Below are positions 8,409 through 17,413 of a stretch of 64,000 nucleotides of DNA, piece after piece. The position numbers and the translations under genes were made by a program. How positions within the stretch are numbered: position 1 is the first letter of the stretch; each line of letters starts with the position of its first letter. Origin of the DNA: Candidatus Nanohaloarchaea archaeon. Its GTDB lineage: Archaea; Nanohalarchaeota; Nanosalinia; Nanosalinales; Nanosalinaceae. The notes beneath the pieces are model-generated. The model saw only the letters and a program-made list of their open reading frames with translations. It was not told where the DNA came from and made no database searches. The stretch lies in the NCBI GenBank assembly GCA_041640035.1, contig JBEQBC010000001.1:96001-160000 (forward strand), read 5' to 3'.

Positions 8409-10505
8409 CTAGGTGAACCGGTCTATCTTGGTCTTCGAACTGTCACGCAGCTCCATCTCGATATCCTTCTTCGAATAGCCAAGTGGTGATAGAACGCTGA
8501 CGGCGGCTGACACCATTTTATCACGGTAGAACTTGGTATCGTACCTGTCCGCGTATCCCGGCAATCTTACCTTCTCCGGTATACTTCCTCCGTGATTTCT
8601 TACAATGTACTCTACTTTTTCACCGGCCTGAACATCTACTCCTTTCTTCCTGTACTCGTACATCGCCGCCTTCGTATTATTGTTTACACGGTAGTTATCG
8701 TAGGAACGCGTCGGCTGCTTCCGAATCACTAGCTTGCTGTTATCGACCTCTCCTTCTTTCACCTGTTCGATGTAGTCCTCAAGCACTTCTAATGCGGAGT
8801 AGAAATCCCGGTCGTTTTCATCCAAATCCTCCAATATTTCTCTTTGCATGTCTTTCTGAAGCTGGAAGCTGCTGGACTGCTCCACTTCGATACCCGCGGT
8901 CTTGAAGCCTTCCTGTGTTTTACCGAAGTAACGGTTCAGGGTCGAAACACTGTTCTGGTTCTTCCGAGGTACGAACGCAAGCCAGTCAAAATGATGTTCA
9001 CGCTCAAGCTCTATACCAACTGTGTCCGAGACTTCTCTGCATACCTTGCCCAGTTCTGTAGCATCACTGGTTCTTTTCTCTACCCAGATGCTGTCGATGA
9101 TTCCGTGCTTCACCTTCCAGCCGTGTTCCTCGAATATCTCCTTGGATTCGACCAGTATCTTCCTTGCGTATGCATTTATCGCCTGGTGGCATTCTATAGC
9201 TCCGAATGATGCATGTGCGTGACCCATGTATCCGAAGCAGGTTACCAGCAGCCATTTGATGGCGTTCGACTTGCTTTCCAACTTCTCAAGTCGTTCACCT
9301 TCCGCTTCCTTCATCTCCTCTTTCATCTCGGCTCTGTCCGTTACCAAGGGTTCCAGTACTTCGGGTATGAAACCGGTTTTCTCCTGGCAGATACTGAAAT
9401 CAAGTTCGGGTACTTCTTTATTGCTGCAGCAGTTGCAGCAGACTGTTTCCGGACTGATGTTCTTCTCTATCATGATGTTGGGGTACATCGATGCGAAATC
9501 CACTTCGTAAACATCTCTGTGGACACCTGGCTCCGGGTTGAAGATGAATCCTCCGCGGTCGCCTTTATGCAGCTGTGAAGCTTTCTTAGGCTTCTCCGGC
9601 TGCCAGTTCTTCCACGGAGTAAGCACATCCTCCTCGGTGTAAGCTTTCCGTACCTCTATAGCGGTTAACAGGTTTCCGATGCTTCCCCAGGCCAGCTCCT
9701 GCAAAGGTTTCCAGCTCCGTTTAACCAGATCAAGTAACCCGTCCAGATCTGTTTCCCCGTACATGAAGGAGTTCGATCTGTTAATTATCGCTCTGCCTGG
9801 CACATTGTATCTTTCCGAGGAGTGCAGGGTTTTACCGTAGCTTGAGACGGTGTTTGATCCTGCGAGCTGTTCCAGTCCTTTTTCTCGTCCCCAGCGGAAG
9901 CTTATTCTGTTTTTCTCCGCGAACTGTTTCAAATGAGGCAGAAGGTCGGCGCGGTTTATTATTAGTACATCAGGGTCTTCTTGCCGGAGTCTGCGTCCCA
10001 GTTCCTTTACTGCTTCTTTGTTCCGTGATGCTACTGTGTTGCTATCGACTTTCAGGTGTTTGAACTGGTTCTGTGCTAGTGCTTCACGTGGTATACTGAT
10101 CTTCATCTTTGTGAGCTGGTGTTCTGGTGTTGGATCGACATCTTGCTGTAGGCAGTATCTGAACTGTGGGCTGAGACTTACATTGTAGAATTTGAATCTT
10201 CCTGCCGGGAAACCTGATTTCACGCTGTAAACCGCGTCTTTCAAACCGTCTTCCGATGCCGTGTCAACTCTCAGCACCTCCTCCATACTGTCTTTTTCTA
10301 GATCTGTGTACCAGTCCTCGAACCTTGTGGTAAGAACTGAGTCCTTTCTGTGAAGCATTGTACGGGCTTTCTTCAGATCAGAACGGCTTCCCTGTATGTA
10401 GAAACGAGGACGGTAGTTTCGGTCAAGTGTTCTTTTGACCTGTGTTTCTCCTTTTTTCTCCCAAAGTACCGCTGTTCCATTCCTGAAATCGATCTTAAAA
10501 GCCAC
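8409..10505 (-). CDS. polB2: Family B DNA polymerase, PolB2 subfamily
   Basis: Motif A DFASMYPNIM, KWLLVTCFGY, motif C variant HGIIDS typical of PolB2; degenerate exonuclease region; CCNCC insert. Confidence 0.9.
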   Translation of the reverse strand: MAFKIDFRNGTAVLWEKKGETQVKRTLDRNYRPRFYIQGSRSDLKKARTMLHRKDSVLTTRFEDWYTDLEKDSMEEVLRVDTASEDGLKDAVYSVKSGFPAGRFKFYNVSLSPQFRYCLQQDVDPTPEHQLTKMKISIPREALAQNQFKHLKVDSNTVASRNKEAVKELGRRLRQEDPDVLIINRADLLPHLKQFAEKNRISFRWGREKGLEQLAGSNTVSSYGKTLHSSERYNVPGRAIINRSNSFMYGETDLDGLLDLVKRSWKPLQELAWGSIGNLLTAIEVRKAYTEEDVLTPWKNWQPEKPKKASQLHKGDRGGFIFNPEPGVHRDVYEVDFASMYPNIMIEKNISPETVCCNCCSNKEVPELDFSICQEKTGFIPEVLEPLVTDRAEMKEEMKEAEGERLEKLESKSNAIKWLLVTCFGYMGHAHASFGAIECHQAINAYARKILVESKEIFEEHGWKVKHGIIDSIWVEKRTSDATELGKVCREVSDTVGIELEREHHFDWLAFVPRKNQNSVSTLNRYFGKTQEGFKTAGIEVEQSSSFQLQKDMQREILEDLDENDRDFYSALEVLEDYIEQVKEGEVDNSKLVIRKQPTRSYDNYRVNNNTKAAMYEYRKKGVDVQAGEKVEYIVRNHGGSIPEKVRLPGYADRYDTKFYRDKMVSAAVSVLSPLGYSKKDIEMELRDSSKTKIDRFT

Positions 10506-10511
10506 TTTAAC

Positions 10512-10775
10512 TCACCTTTTCTCCTCTTCCAGTTTCTCCAGTCTTTCATCCAGGTCTTCTATCTCTTTTTGAAGTCCGAGCATCATGGAGATCATCGCGG
10601 GCAGTCCTGGGTTTGTTGAGTTCAGGTATGCGGCTGCGGAAGCATGTTTATGCGCTTTACCGTACAGTTTTTCTAGATGCTGTTTGTTTTCCTTCCTCAG
10701 CGCTTTTTTGAACGGTTTCAGGTTGTCGAGGAAGTTGTCTAGGTGGTTTCTGTATGTTCCGTTGGTTCTACCGAT
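10512..10775 (-). CDS. PolB2-associated small helical protein (arCOG07300-like), ATC start; missed by ORF track
   Basis: Hand translation (I/M)GRTNGTYRNHLDNFLDNLKPFKKALRKENKQHLEKLYGKAHKHASAAAYLN..ISMMLGLQKEIEDLDERLEKLEEEKR; GAGGTG SD; sits between iRadA and polB2. Confidence 0.85.
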   Translation of the reverse strand: MGRTNGTYRNHLDNFLDNLKPFKKALRKENKQHLEKLYGKAHKHASAAAYLNSTNPGLPAMISMMLGLQKEIEDLDERLEKLEEEKR

Positions 10776-11376
10776 TGTAGACCACCTCTTTCAGTTCCTC
10801 ATGGTTTTCGATCCAGTTAGGTATCCGTGTCTGAAGTACCCTGTAACCGTAACCAGATTCTTCCACCAGCTCTTCGCCTAGCATCTGGATGTCTGCTTCG
10901 ACTTTGTTAACCGATTTCATCTCCACCAGTCCGTGGTATTCTCCTTTTCCTGCTTTTGACAGTGTAGCAGCTATCTCAAGATCCTTATTTTCCGCCAGCT
11001 TGTTCAGATGGTTCAGGGACTGTTTCAGTAGTTCCCGGCTTTCGTCTTCGTTTAGCTGTCCTGTTTCGTACAGTCCGTCGATGCTTGGAAGAAGAACTAG
11101 TTCTGTATCCGGTTTGATGTATTCGTCTATACGCTGTACAAGTGTGTAGTGCTGGTAGGTTGTGAAAGCTCTCGCTATCTCTACTTTATCCAGTACTTCC
11201 TGGTTTCCGGCTGCGGCTAACTGGTATGAGCTTCCGTGGTTCTCTGTATCTATCCACAGTGCTTTGTAACTGTGTTTTCCTGTTTTCTGTGCGGTGATTT
11301 TGTGGAGAACGGAATCTTTATCCCCCTTATGAACAATCAAGTTGACTCCGTTCTCCAGTTCGACTTCATTCATCAT
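10768..11376 (-). CDS. Inactivated RadA/RecA-fold protein of the PolB2 operon
   Basis: WIDTEN, IARAFTTYQH, LVLLPSIDGLY RecA-fold segments without intact Walker A. Confidence 0.8.
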   Translation of the reverse strand: MMNEVELENGVNLIVHKGDKDSVLHKITAQKTGKHSYKALWIDTENHGSSYQLAAAGNQEVLDKVEIARAFTTYQHYTLVQRIDEYIKPDTELVLLPSIDGLYETGQLNEDESRELLKQSLNHLNKLAENKDLEIAATLSKAGKGEYHGLVEMKSVNKVEADIQMLGEELVEESGYGYRVLQTRIPNWIENHEELKEVVYNR

Positions 11377-11379
11377 GCG

Positions 11380-11463
11380 TCAACTCGGTGTGTAACCGCA
11401 TCTGTTGCATGAATGCTTTTGATCAGCTTTCGGAAAACCGCATTCTGGACAGTAATCAATCAC
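11380..11463 (-). CDS. 27-aa CPxCG zinc-finger microprotein
   Basis: MIDYCPECGFPKADQKHSCNRCGYTPS; GTG start after GGAGGGG; stop 3 nt before iRadA ATG. Confidence 0.6.
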   Translation of the reverse strand: MIDYCPECGFPKADQKHSCNRCGYTPS

Positions 11464-11551
11464 CTTTACTCTTTTCTCCCCTCCAACCAAAGATGCGGCT
11501 ACATCCCCTAATAAACCGATTCTCGGCTGTCCGACATGTCCGAAGTAGTGT

Positions 11552-13018
11552 TTAGAAGTCGGCGAGATCTCTCTGTTCAGGTCCTGCTCTATCTAGGATT
11601 TCATTTCGGTCATGCCTTGAACTGAGTGATGCTTTTCTCCATACTTCGTCGTCTTCGAAAGCCTTGTATGCTTCGGGAGCCTTTCTTTTGAAGAACTCTC
11701 TAGCTTTACGCGCCTCCCTATCATAATCGACAATTGGTTTAGGATAGTTCCGGCCAATAATCACGCCGCATTCTTTCTGTACTTTTTCCGGCATCTTCCA
11801 TGGCTCGGCGATGTACTCGTTGGGAACTTTTCTCAGTTCAGGGACATATTTCCGGATGAATTCTCCGTCGGGATCGTTCTCTTCCACCTGTTTGGTAGGG
11901 TTATAGATTCTGTTTGCGTGTACTCCGATCAATCCGCTCTGCATCTGCCACTGGTAGTAGTTGATTGCGACATCTGCATCTATCAAATGCTTGTAGAAGA
12001 AGTCGGCTCCGTTTTTCCACCACTGCTTCAGGATGTAGCTGAAGAATGAGGCACACATCGCACGCATACGGAAGTTCAGCCAGCCAGTTTCGACCAGCGC
12101 CCGCATCGATGCATCAACCAAAGGGAAACCGGTTCTACCCTGCTTCCAAGCCTCCATCTTTTCCTCATCGAAGTTGTCTCTGTTTAGATCTCTGTAAACA
12201 GGGTTGATCGCTACCTCAAATAGTTGAGGATTATCTTCGATCTTTTGGTTGAAATGCTGCTGCCAGAAAACCCTGTCGATAAACATATCAACGCTTTGCG
12301 TGTTATCTACATATTTCTTCGCGTTAGAGGCTTTCTGGTAGACTTCACGCGGTGATATGCATCCGTATCGGATGTATGGTGATAGATGTGAGGTTGATGC
12401 TTCTGCTTTGGAAGGCGGTGATATACATCCTGAGTACTGTTCAATCCTGTCAAGAAAGTCTTGTAGACGTTTTCTTGCTTCTTGGGTTCCGCCTTCTCCA
12501 AATATCTGTTTTTCCGGCTGTATATCGTACTTTTCTCTTATTTCGTCGAGTGTTACCTCGTTTTGCAGGCCGCTGGACTTGATTTTTTCTGGAGCTTCTG
12601 CTCTTTTGCCTTCGAACCAAGACTTTGCCTCGCTACTCCATTCGGACTGATTTCTTCCCTTTGTATTGACGGCTGAGTTTTCGAAGCCTTGAAATTTTTC
12701 TCTTACCTCTGTTTCAAGTCCTTGTCGGAAATGGTTGGCATCCTTGTTGAAGTATACCTTGTTCCCTTTCTCAGAAAGTTCCTCGAGTTTTTCGACAGGA
12801 TTTCCGTGTAAAAGCGTTAGATAGGTGCCTTTCTCTGTGTACTGCCGGTTGAGATCCTTCAGGCTTTCAATTACGAATTCTATCCTGTTATCGGAGACTA
12901 GGTCATTTTCCAGCCATTCGGGATCAAATATGTAGACCGGAGTGGCTTCCGCACCTGCTTCGGTTAAGGCCCTATTGTCATGAGTTCTGAGATCTCTGCG
13001 ATGCCAGACTATACTCAC
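11552..13018 (-). CDS. phr: DNA photolyase/cryptochrome family protein
   Basis: WHRRDLRTHDNRAL, SHLSPYIRYGCIS, GRTGFPLVDASMRAL..TGWLNFRMR, RIYNPTKQ..DPDGEFIRKYVPEL. Confidence 0.92.
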   Translation of the reverse strand: MSIVWHRRDLRTHDNRALTEAGAEATPVYIFDPEWLENDLVSDNRIEFVIESLKDLNRQYTEKGTYLTLLHGNPVEKLEELSEKGNKVYFNKDANHFRQGLETEVREKFQGFENSAVNTKGRNQSEWSSEAKSWFEGKRAEAPEKIKSSGLQNEVTLDEIREKYDIQPEKQIFGEGGTQEARKRLQDFLDRIEQYSGCISPPSKAEASTSHLSPYIRYGCISPREVYQKASNAKKYVDNTQSVDMFIDRVFWQQHFNQKIEDNPQLFEVAINPVYRDLNRDNFDEEKMEAWKQGRTGFPLVDASMRALVETGWLNFRMRAMCASFFSYILKQWWKNGADFFYKHLIDADVAINYYQWQMQSGLIGVHANRIYNPTKQVEENDPDGEFIRKYVPELRKVPNEYIAEPWKMPEKVQKECGVIIGRNYPKPIVDYDREARKAREFFKRKAPEAYKAFEDDEVWRKASLSSRHDRNEILDRAGPEQRDLADF

Positions 13019-13094
13019 AAAGAAATTGAATGATCTGAAATTTTATCTCGTTTTGCATAGGGTTTTGAAAAAATATATTTCTCAACGATGTTAC

Positions 13095-13310
13095 ATGGAT
13101 TCAAACCAGGCTAAATTTCTGCTTCCAGCAGGAGGACTACTGGAATTTCTAGGCGTATTGACCTTGATTACGAACGATGGAATGTTGATCCCTAAAGTGG
13201 ATCTGGGATTCAGTATCCCGGCTGTTCTGCCTGTAGAGATTCAGGGTATAGGTCTATTGATTTCAGGTGGTGCAGTAACGGCATTTGCAATCATGAATAT
13301 GAGTGAGTAG
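13095..13310 (+). CDS. Small membrane protein
   Basis: Two hydrophobic segments from ATG 13095. Confidence 0.5.
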   Translation: MDSNQAKFLLPAGGLLEFLGVLTLITNDGMLIPKVDLGFSIPAVLPVEIQGIGLLISGGAVTAFAIMNMSE

Positions 13311-13325
13311 CCAGTTTACAAATTT

Positions 13326-13676
13326 TTATTCTCCTTCCCTTTTTTCTCTTTCAGCTACTTCTACTAATGCTCGACCCTCTGCTTCGCTTAACGCTGAGAG
13401 CGCAAGTACGAAGAAAGCGATTATTAGTGGCCAGCGAAATCCTGCTAGTACCATAAGTGTGAAAGCTATCATGGAGAAAGAAAGAACGAAGTATCTGTTT
13501 GAGTGAGAGCTCTCAGAGCTAAATGCTGGTGAGAAACCGGAGCCGATCAGAAATCCTAAGAAGTTCCGAGTCAAAGAGGACTCTGCATGAAAGACCAGAA
13601 CAAAAGACACTGTAGCGACTATGAATCCGATGTTAAAGGGATTCAAATCTATTTCACGGCCTAAAATTTCAACCAT
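13326..13676 (-). CDS. Small membrane protein
   Basis: Hydrophobic ORF from ATG 13676, charged C-terminus. Confidence 0.45.
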   Translation of the reverse strand: MVEILGREIDLNPFNIGFIVATVSFVLVFHAESSLTRNFLGFLIGSGFSPAFSSESSHSNRYFVLSFSMIAFTLMVLAGFRWPLIIAFFVLALSALSEAEGRALVEVAEREKREGE

Positions 13677-13746
13677 TACCTGCTCACTCGGTACTAGGTC
13701 AGAGTTTTTCCCGGAAAGTAAAAAGAATAAATCCGGTAACACAGTT

Positions 13747-13962
13747 ATGGATCAGAAAATCAAAAGCGCGGTTCTCAGAGGACTGTCTGCGTCCGTGTTC
13801 TCAGCGGTTGTGATGTACTTAGGACTGAGAGCATGGATAACTATGACAGTCAGCGTAGGACCGGTCGACAAACTCTACGCACTGGTCGACACAGCAACAG
13901 TACTCACAGCAATAACAGCATTCCTCACAACCACAATAGCATCCTACACCACAGGAGAATGA
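13747..13962 (+). CDS. Small membrane protein
   Basis: Two TM segments from ATG 13747. Confidence 0.5.
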   Translation: MDQKIKSAVLRGLSASVFSAVVMYLGLRAWITMTVSVGPVDKLYALVDTATVLTAITAFLTTTIASYTTGE

Positions 13963-13966
13963 TATT

Positions 13967-14371
13967 ATGGATATAAAAAGTATTTTGAAGAACAGAAGTA
14001 TTGAGTTGACAGGTATTTCAGCTCTTTTACTTGTCACAGCTCTAAATCAAATATCTCAAACACCTATAATCTATGTTTTCACCGTTATCAGCTTACTGGC
14101 GACGACAATCGCCGTGAAAAAGTTCAGGCAGCAGTTCGGAACAAAGCTATTCTTCAAGAGAAGCGAAGGCTGGAACCACTGGTCCGGCGCATTCGGAGGA
14201 ATTCTGGCCTTCATGATGAGTATGTATGCTCAGACTATAGAAACAGGTTTTCCCACTGCTCTAGCGCAGATAACAGCTATAACTGTCTTCGTAATGCTGA
14301 TGACAACGCTGTTCTACGGCTCTATCCTCAGCGATATCCAGAGCGGAGAACTAGATCTGGAAAACCTCTAG
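13967..14371 (+). CDS. Membrane protein
   Basis: Four hydrophobic segments. Confidence 0.55.
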   Translation: MDIKSILKNRSIELTGISALLLVTALNQISQTPIIYVFTVISLLATTIAVKKFRQQFGTKLFFKRSEGWNHWSGAFGGILAFMMSMYAQTIETGFPTALAQITAITVFVMLMTTLFYGSILSDIQSGELDLENL

Positions 14372-14393
14372 ATATTTCAGAACCCTTGAACAA

Positions 14394-15125
14394 ATGACCT
14401 ACATGGAAATAGACAACTCAGAACAAAGAATCAGAAACATACACCAAGACCTACTGGATGTATACGGAGAACAGGACTGGCAAGACGACGATGACGGCGT
14501 CAGACAGCTACTCATAACAATACTTTCACAGAATGTAGCGGACGAAAACACGGCTCGGGCAGCAGAGAACCTGTTCAACGACTTCAAAAACTACGAAGAA
14601 ATAGCGAACGCATCAGTAGACGAACTAGCCGATTCAATCAATCCAGCAGGGCTACCACAGACCAAAGCACAGAGATTACAGAGAACACTGAAAGCACTTA
14701 GAGAACATGGCGAAGATGATGATTACTCTGTAGAGTTCCTCGGTGAGATGGAGGATTCAGATGCTCAGGCCTGGCTTGAAGAGATCAAAGGAATCGGCCC
14801 CAAAACCGCGTCAGTATTACTGAACTTCCATTTCGATGCGGATGTTATGCCGGTCGACACACATGTAGAAAGAATCGCCAAACGGTTCAGACTCATCCCT
14901 TTCTCAGCATCAAATGGAAAAGCACATGAACTGCTGAACGAAGCCGTACCGCACGATATCAAGAACAGCTTCCACATGCTGATAATCGAACACGGAAAGA
15001 ATAATTGCTCTGCCAGAAACCCGACATGCGAGAACACGAAGCTCAAAAAGTACTGCTCAAGATACGAACTGGTGGAAAACGGGGACTTAACCTCTGAAGA
15101 GTATCCTCCGGAGGAGATGGAATAA
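14394..15125 (+). CDS. nth: Endonuclease III (HhH-GPD glycosylase/AP lyase)
   Basis: TILSQN, HhH IKGIGPKTA, PVDTHVERI, C-terminal Cys cluster (3 of 4 Cys). Confidence 0.9.
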   Translation: MTYMEIDNSEQRIRNIHQDLLDVYGEQDWQDDDDGVRQLLITILSQNVADENTARAAENLFNDFKNYEEIANASVDELADSINPAGLPQTKAQRLQRTLKALREHGEDDDYSVEFLGEMEDSDAQAWLEEIKGIGPKTASVLLNFHFDADVMPVDTHVERIAKRFRLIPFSASNGKAHELLNEAVPHDIKNSFHMLIIEHGKNNCSARNPTCENTKLKKYCSRYELVENGDLTSEEYPPEEME

Positions 15126-15126
15126 A

Positions 15127-15732
15127 ATGGATTTAGAAGACGCGATGGAGAACTGGTCCTCAGTCAAAAAGTTCACAGACGAAGAAGTGGAAAGAGAGAA
15201 GCTGGAGAATATCTTCGAACTGACTACGAAAGCTCCGACCGCGTTCAACCTTCAGCCTTACAGGTTCATAGTTCTGGATTCTGAGGAGGCGATGGAGAAA
15301 GCTACAAGTTCCGTGATACCGGTGAACGGTTGGATACGGTACGCCGACAAGATAGTGGTCCTTGTTGGAGACGAGGAGATAGATGTGAACGCTGACCAGG
15401 TGCTGGAGCACAAACTGGAGGAGGGCAGGATCGACGAGGAGAAAGCAGGGAACCTGCGTAAAATGTACTCCGACTACAAGAACAGGGACGATGAGTTCAT
15501 GACTGGCTGGCTCACCAGAAACACTGTCATACCCGCCACATTCTTCATGCTCGCATGCAAAACACAGGGAATCGGCTCCTGCCCAGTAAGAGGATTCGAT
15601 CAGGACAAACTAGCCGACAAGTTAAGCTTGAAAGACACTGAAAGGCCTATACTCATCTTCCCAATAGGATATCCGAAAGAAGAAGACAGAAACTGGAGAA
15701 GAGATGGGGAAGAAATATTTGAGGTCTCTTAG
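15127..15732 (+). CDS. Nitroreductase family protein
   Basis: SVKKFTD, APTAFNLQPYRF, GIGSCPVRGFD, FPIGY. Confidence 0.88.
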   Translation: MDLEDAMENWSSVKKFTDEEVEREKLENIFELTTKAPTAFNLQPYRFIVLDSEEAMEKATSSVIPVNGWIRYADKIVVLVGDEEIDVNADQVLEHKLEEGRIDEEKAGNLRKMYSDYKNRDDEFMTGWLTRNTVIPATFFMLACKTQGIGSCPVRGFDQDKLADKLSLKDTERPILIFPIGYPKEEDRNWRRDGEEIFEVS

Positions 15733-15796
15733 CCGGACTTGAGACTATTTCTGATTTTCAGTACTTTTATTTCAGTTGTATGCTATGTTTCTTCCT

Positions 15797-15970
15797 ATGC
15801 AGTTTCAGTGGTGGGAAGAACATGATACCGGTTTTATAGCGGTCGGGCTTCTGATAGGAGGCCTTTATGGGAGATTCTTCGTTGAAGAGCTTTCAACTCG
15901 GCTGCTTTCCTTGCTTGGAGGGTTATTGCTTGGCTTGATACTAGCGCACTTTTCTAAAACAAATGGTTAG
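15797..15970 (+). CDS. Small membrane protein
   Basis: Two hydrophobic helices. Confidence 0.4.
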   Translation: MQFQWWEEHDTGFIAVGLLIGGLYGRFFVEELSTRLLSLLGGLLLGLILAHFSKTNG

Positions 15971-17379
15971 ATTCCTATATTTTTCTTAAACTCCTCAGCA
16001 TTCTCCAGATGCTCCTCAACTGTTTCTTCGTTCATCCTATTCAGTGTTGATGTCATGAAGCTCATTCTGTGGATGTCTGATATTTTGTCTTGGTGTTTGT
16101 TGATGAAGTTCCAGTAGAGGCCGTCCCAGTGGTTTTCCCAGTCGCCGCCTGTGTAGTGGCTCATTTTGTTGATGTAGTTTGAGGATGAGATGTAGGGTTT
16201 GGTCATCATGTTTTCGTAGGCGTACTGGCTCATGCCGTAGATGTTCGGCACCATCACCCAGTCGTACGAGTCGATGAACATCTCCATAAACCAGTCGTAG
16301 ACCTCATCAGGATCAATCTCCAGCAACAGCATCACATTACCCAAGACCATCAACCGCTCGATATGATGACAGTACGCATCATCCAACGCATGCTGAATCG
16401 AATCATCAACAGGCGGAAGCCCTGTATCACCAGTGTAAAACTCCTCAGGCATCGAATTGTCTGCGTCCCAGAAGTTCGCATCCCTCATATCAGGCTCCAG
16501 TTCATACATAGCCCGGATAAACTCCCGCCAACCGATGATCTGACGCAGAAAACCCTCCAGAGAATTCATCGGATAATCATGCTCCTCATGAGCCTCCAGA
16601 GTCTTCTCCACAACTTCTTCCGGAGTGATAAGGCCGATGTTAATCGATGAGGAGAGCAGTGAGTGGAATCCGAACTTGAGATCCGAGTCGATCGCGTCCT
16701 GATAATCGCCGAACTTTTCCAGCCGATTCTCCAGGAAGTCTTCCAGGTTCTCCGAGGCTTGTTCGCGGGTTACTGGCCAGAAGAAGTCTTCTACTTTGCC
16801 TGGATTATCCGGGAAGTTCTCCTGAATGTACTCTGTGGCTTCCTCGACATGTTCGGATGAAAACCGGGGTACTTCTGGTTTTTCTACATCTTGCGGCATC
16901 TTTTTCCTGTTTTCCGGGTCGAAGCTCCACTTGCCGCCCTCAGGCTTCCCTTCTTCGTCGACGAGTACATTATGTTTCTTCCGCATCCGTTTGTAGTAGT
17001 TCAGCTGGAAGTATTCGTGTGAAGAGAAATATTCGCTGTTGAAGTCCATGGATGCCATGAACCCGGGGTTTTCCACAAAGATTAGTTCTGTATTGTACTT
17101 GTCTGCGAGGCCTTCAAGCTGGTTCCGGACCTTGTGATCCACGGGGTCGTACATCCGGATCTTGTCTTCCTGCTGGAATATTTCTGCGATGTCTTCGTCG
17201 TACTGAATGTACTCTGCCTCGATATCTTCTATGTAGGCTTTCATCGAGGCCCTGTGTAAAATCAGCTTCTTTTTGTGGAATTGGAAGTCTGTGAAGTATC
17301 TTGAGTGTTCTACGAGGTACTTCTTGTCTTCGTCCACTGGTTCCGGGAAGAGCTGGTTGGGTAGTATTATTGATGCCAT
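15967..17379 (-). CDS. Prokaryotic (6-4) photolyase/CryPro (PhrB-like), Fe-S-less type
   Basis: ILPNQLF, HKKKL, PEGGKWSFDPENR, FGDYQDA, EGFLRQIIGWREF, HHIERLM, FIDSYDWVMVPN, TKPYISSSNYINKMS. Confidence 0.9.
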   Translation of the reverse strand: MASIILPNQLFPEPVDEDKKYLVEHSRYFTDFQFHKKKLILHRASMKAYIEDIEAEYIQYDEDIAEIFQQEDKIRMYDPVDHKVRNQLEGLADKYNTELIFVENPGFMASMDFNSEYFSSHEYFQLNYYKRMRKKHNVLVDEEGKPEGGKWSFDPENRKKMPQDVEKPEVPRFSSEHVEEATEYIQENFPDNPGKVEDFFWPVTREQASENLEDFLENRLEKFGDYQDAIDSDLKFGFHSLLSSSINIGLITPEEVVEKTLEAHEEHDYPMNSLEGFLRQIIGWREFIRAMYELEPDMRDANFWDADNSMPEEFYTGDTGLPPVDDSIQHALDDAYCHHIERLMVLGNVMLLLEIDPDEVYDWFMEMFIDSYDWVMVPNIYGMSQYAYENMMTKPYISSSNYINKMSHYTGGDWENHWDGLYWNFINKHQDKISDIHRMSFMTSTLNRMNEETVEEHLENAEEFKKNIGI

Positions 17380-17413
17380 AAAATGAATGAAAGGGAAAGT
17401 TTTTGGTGGTTTT

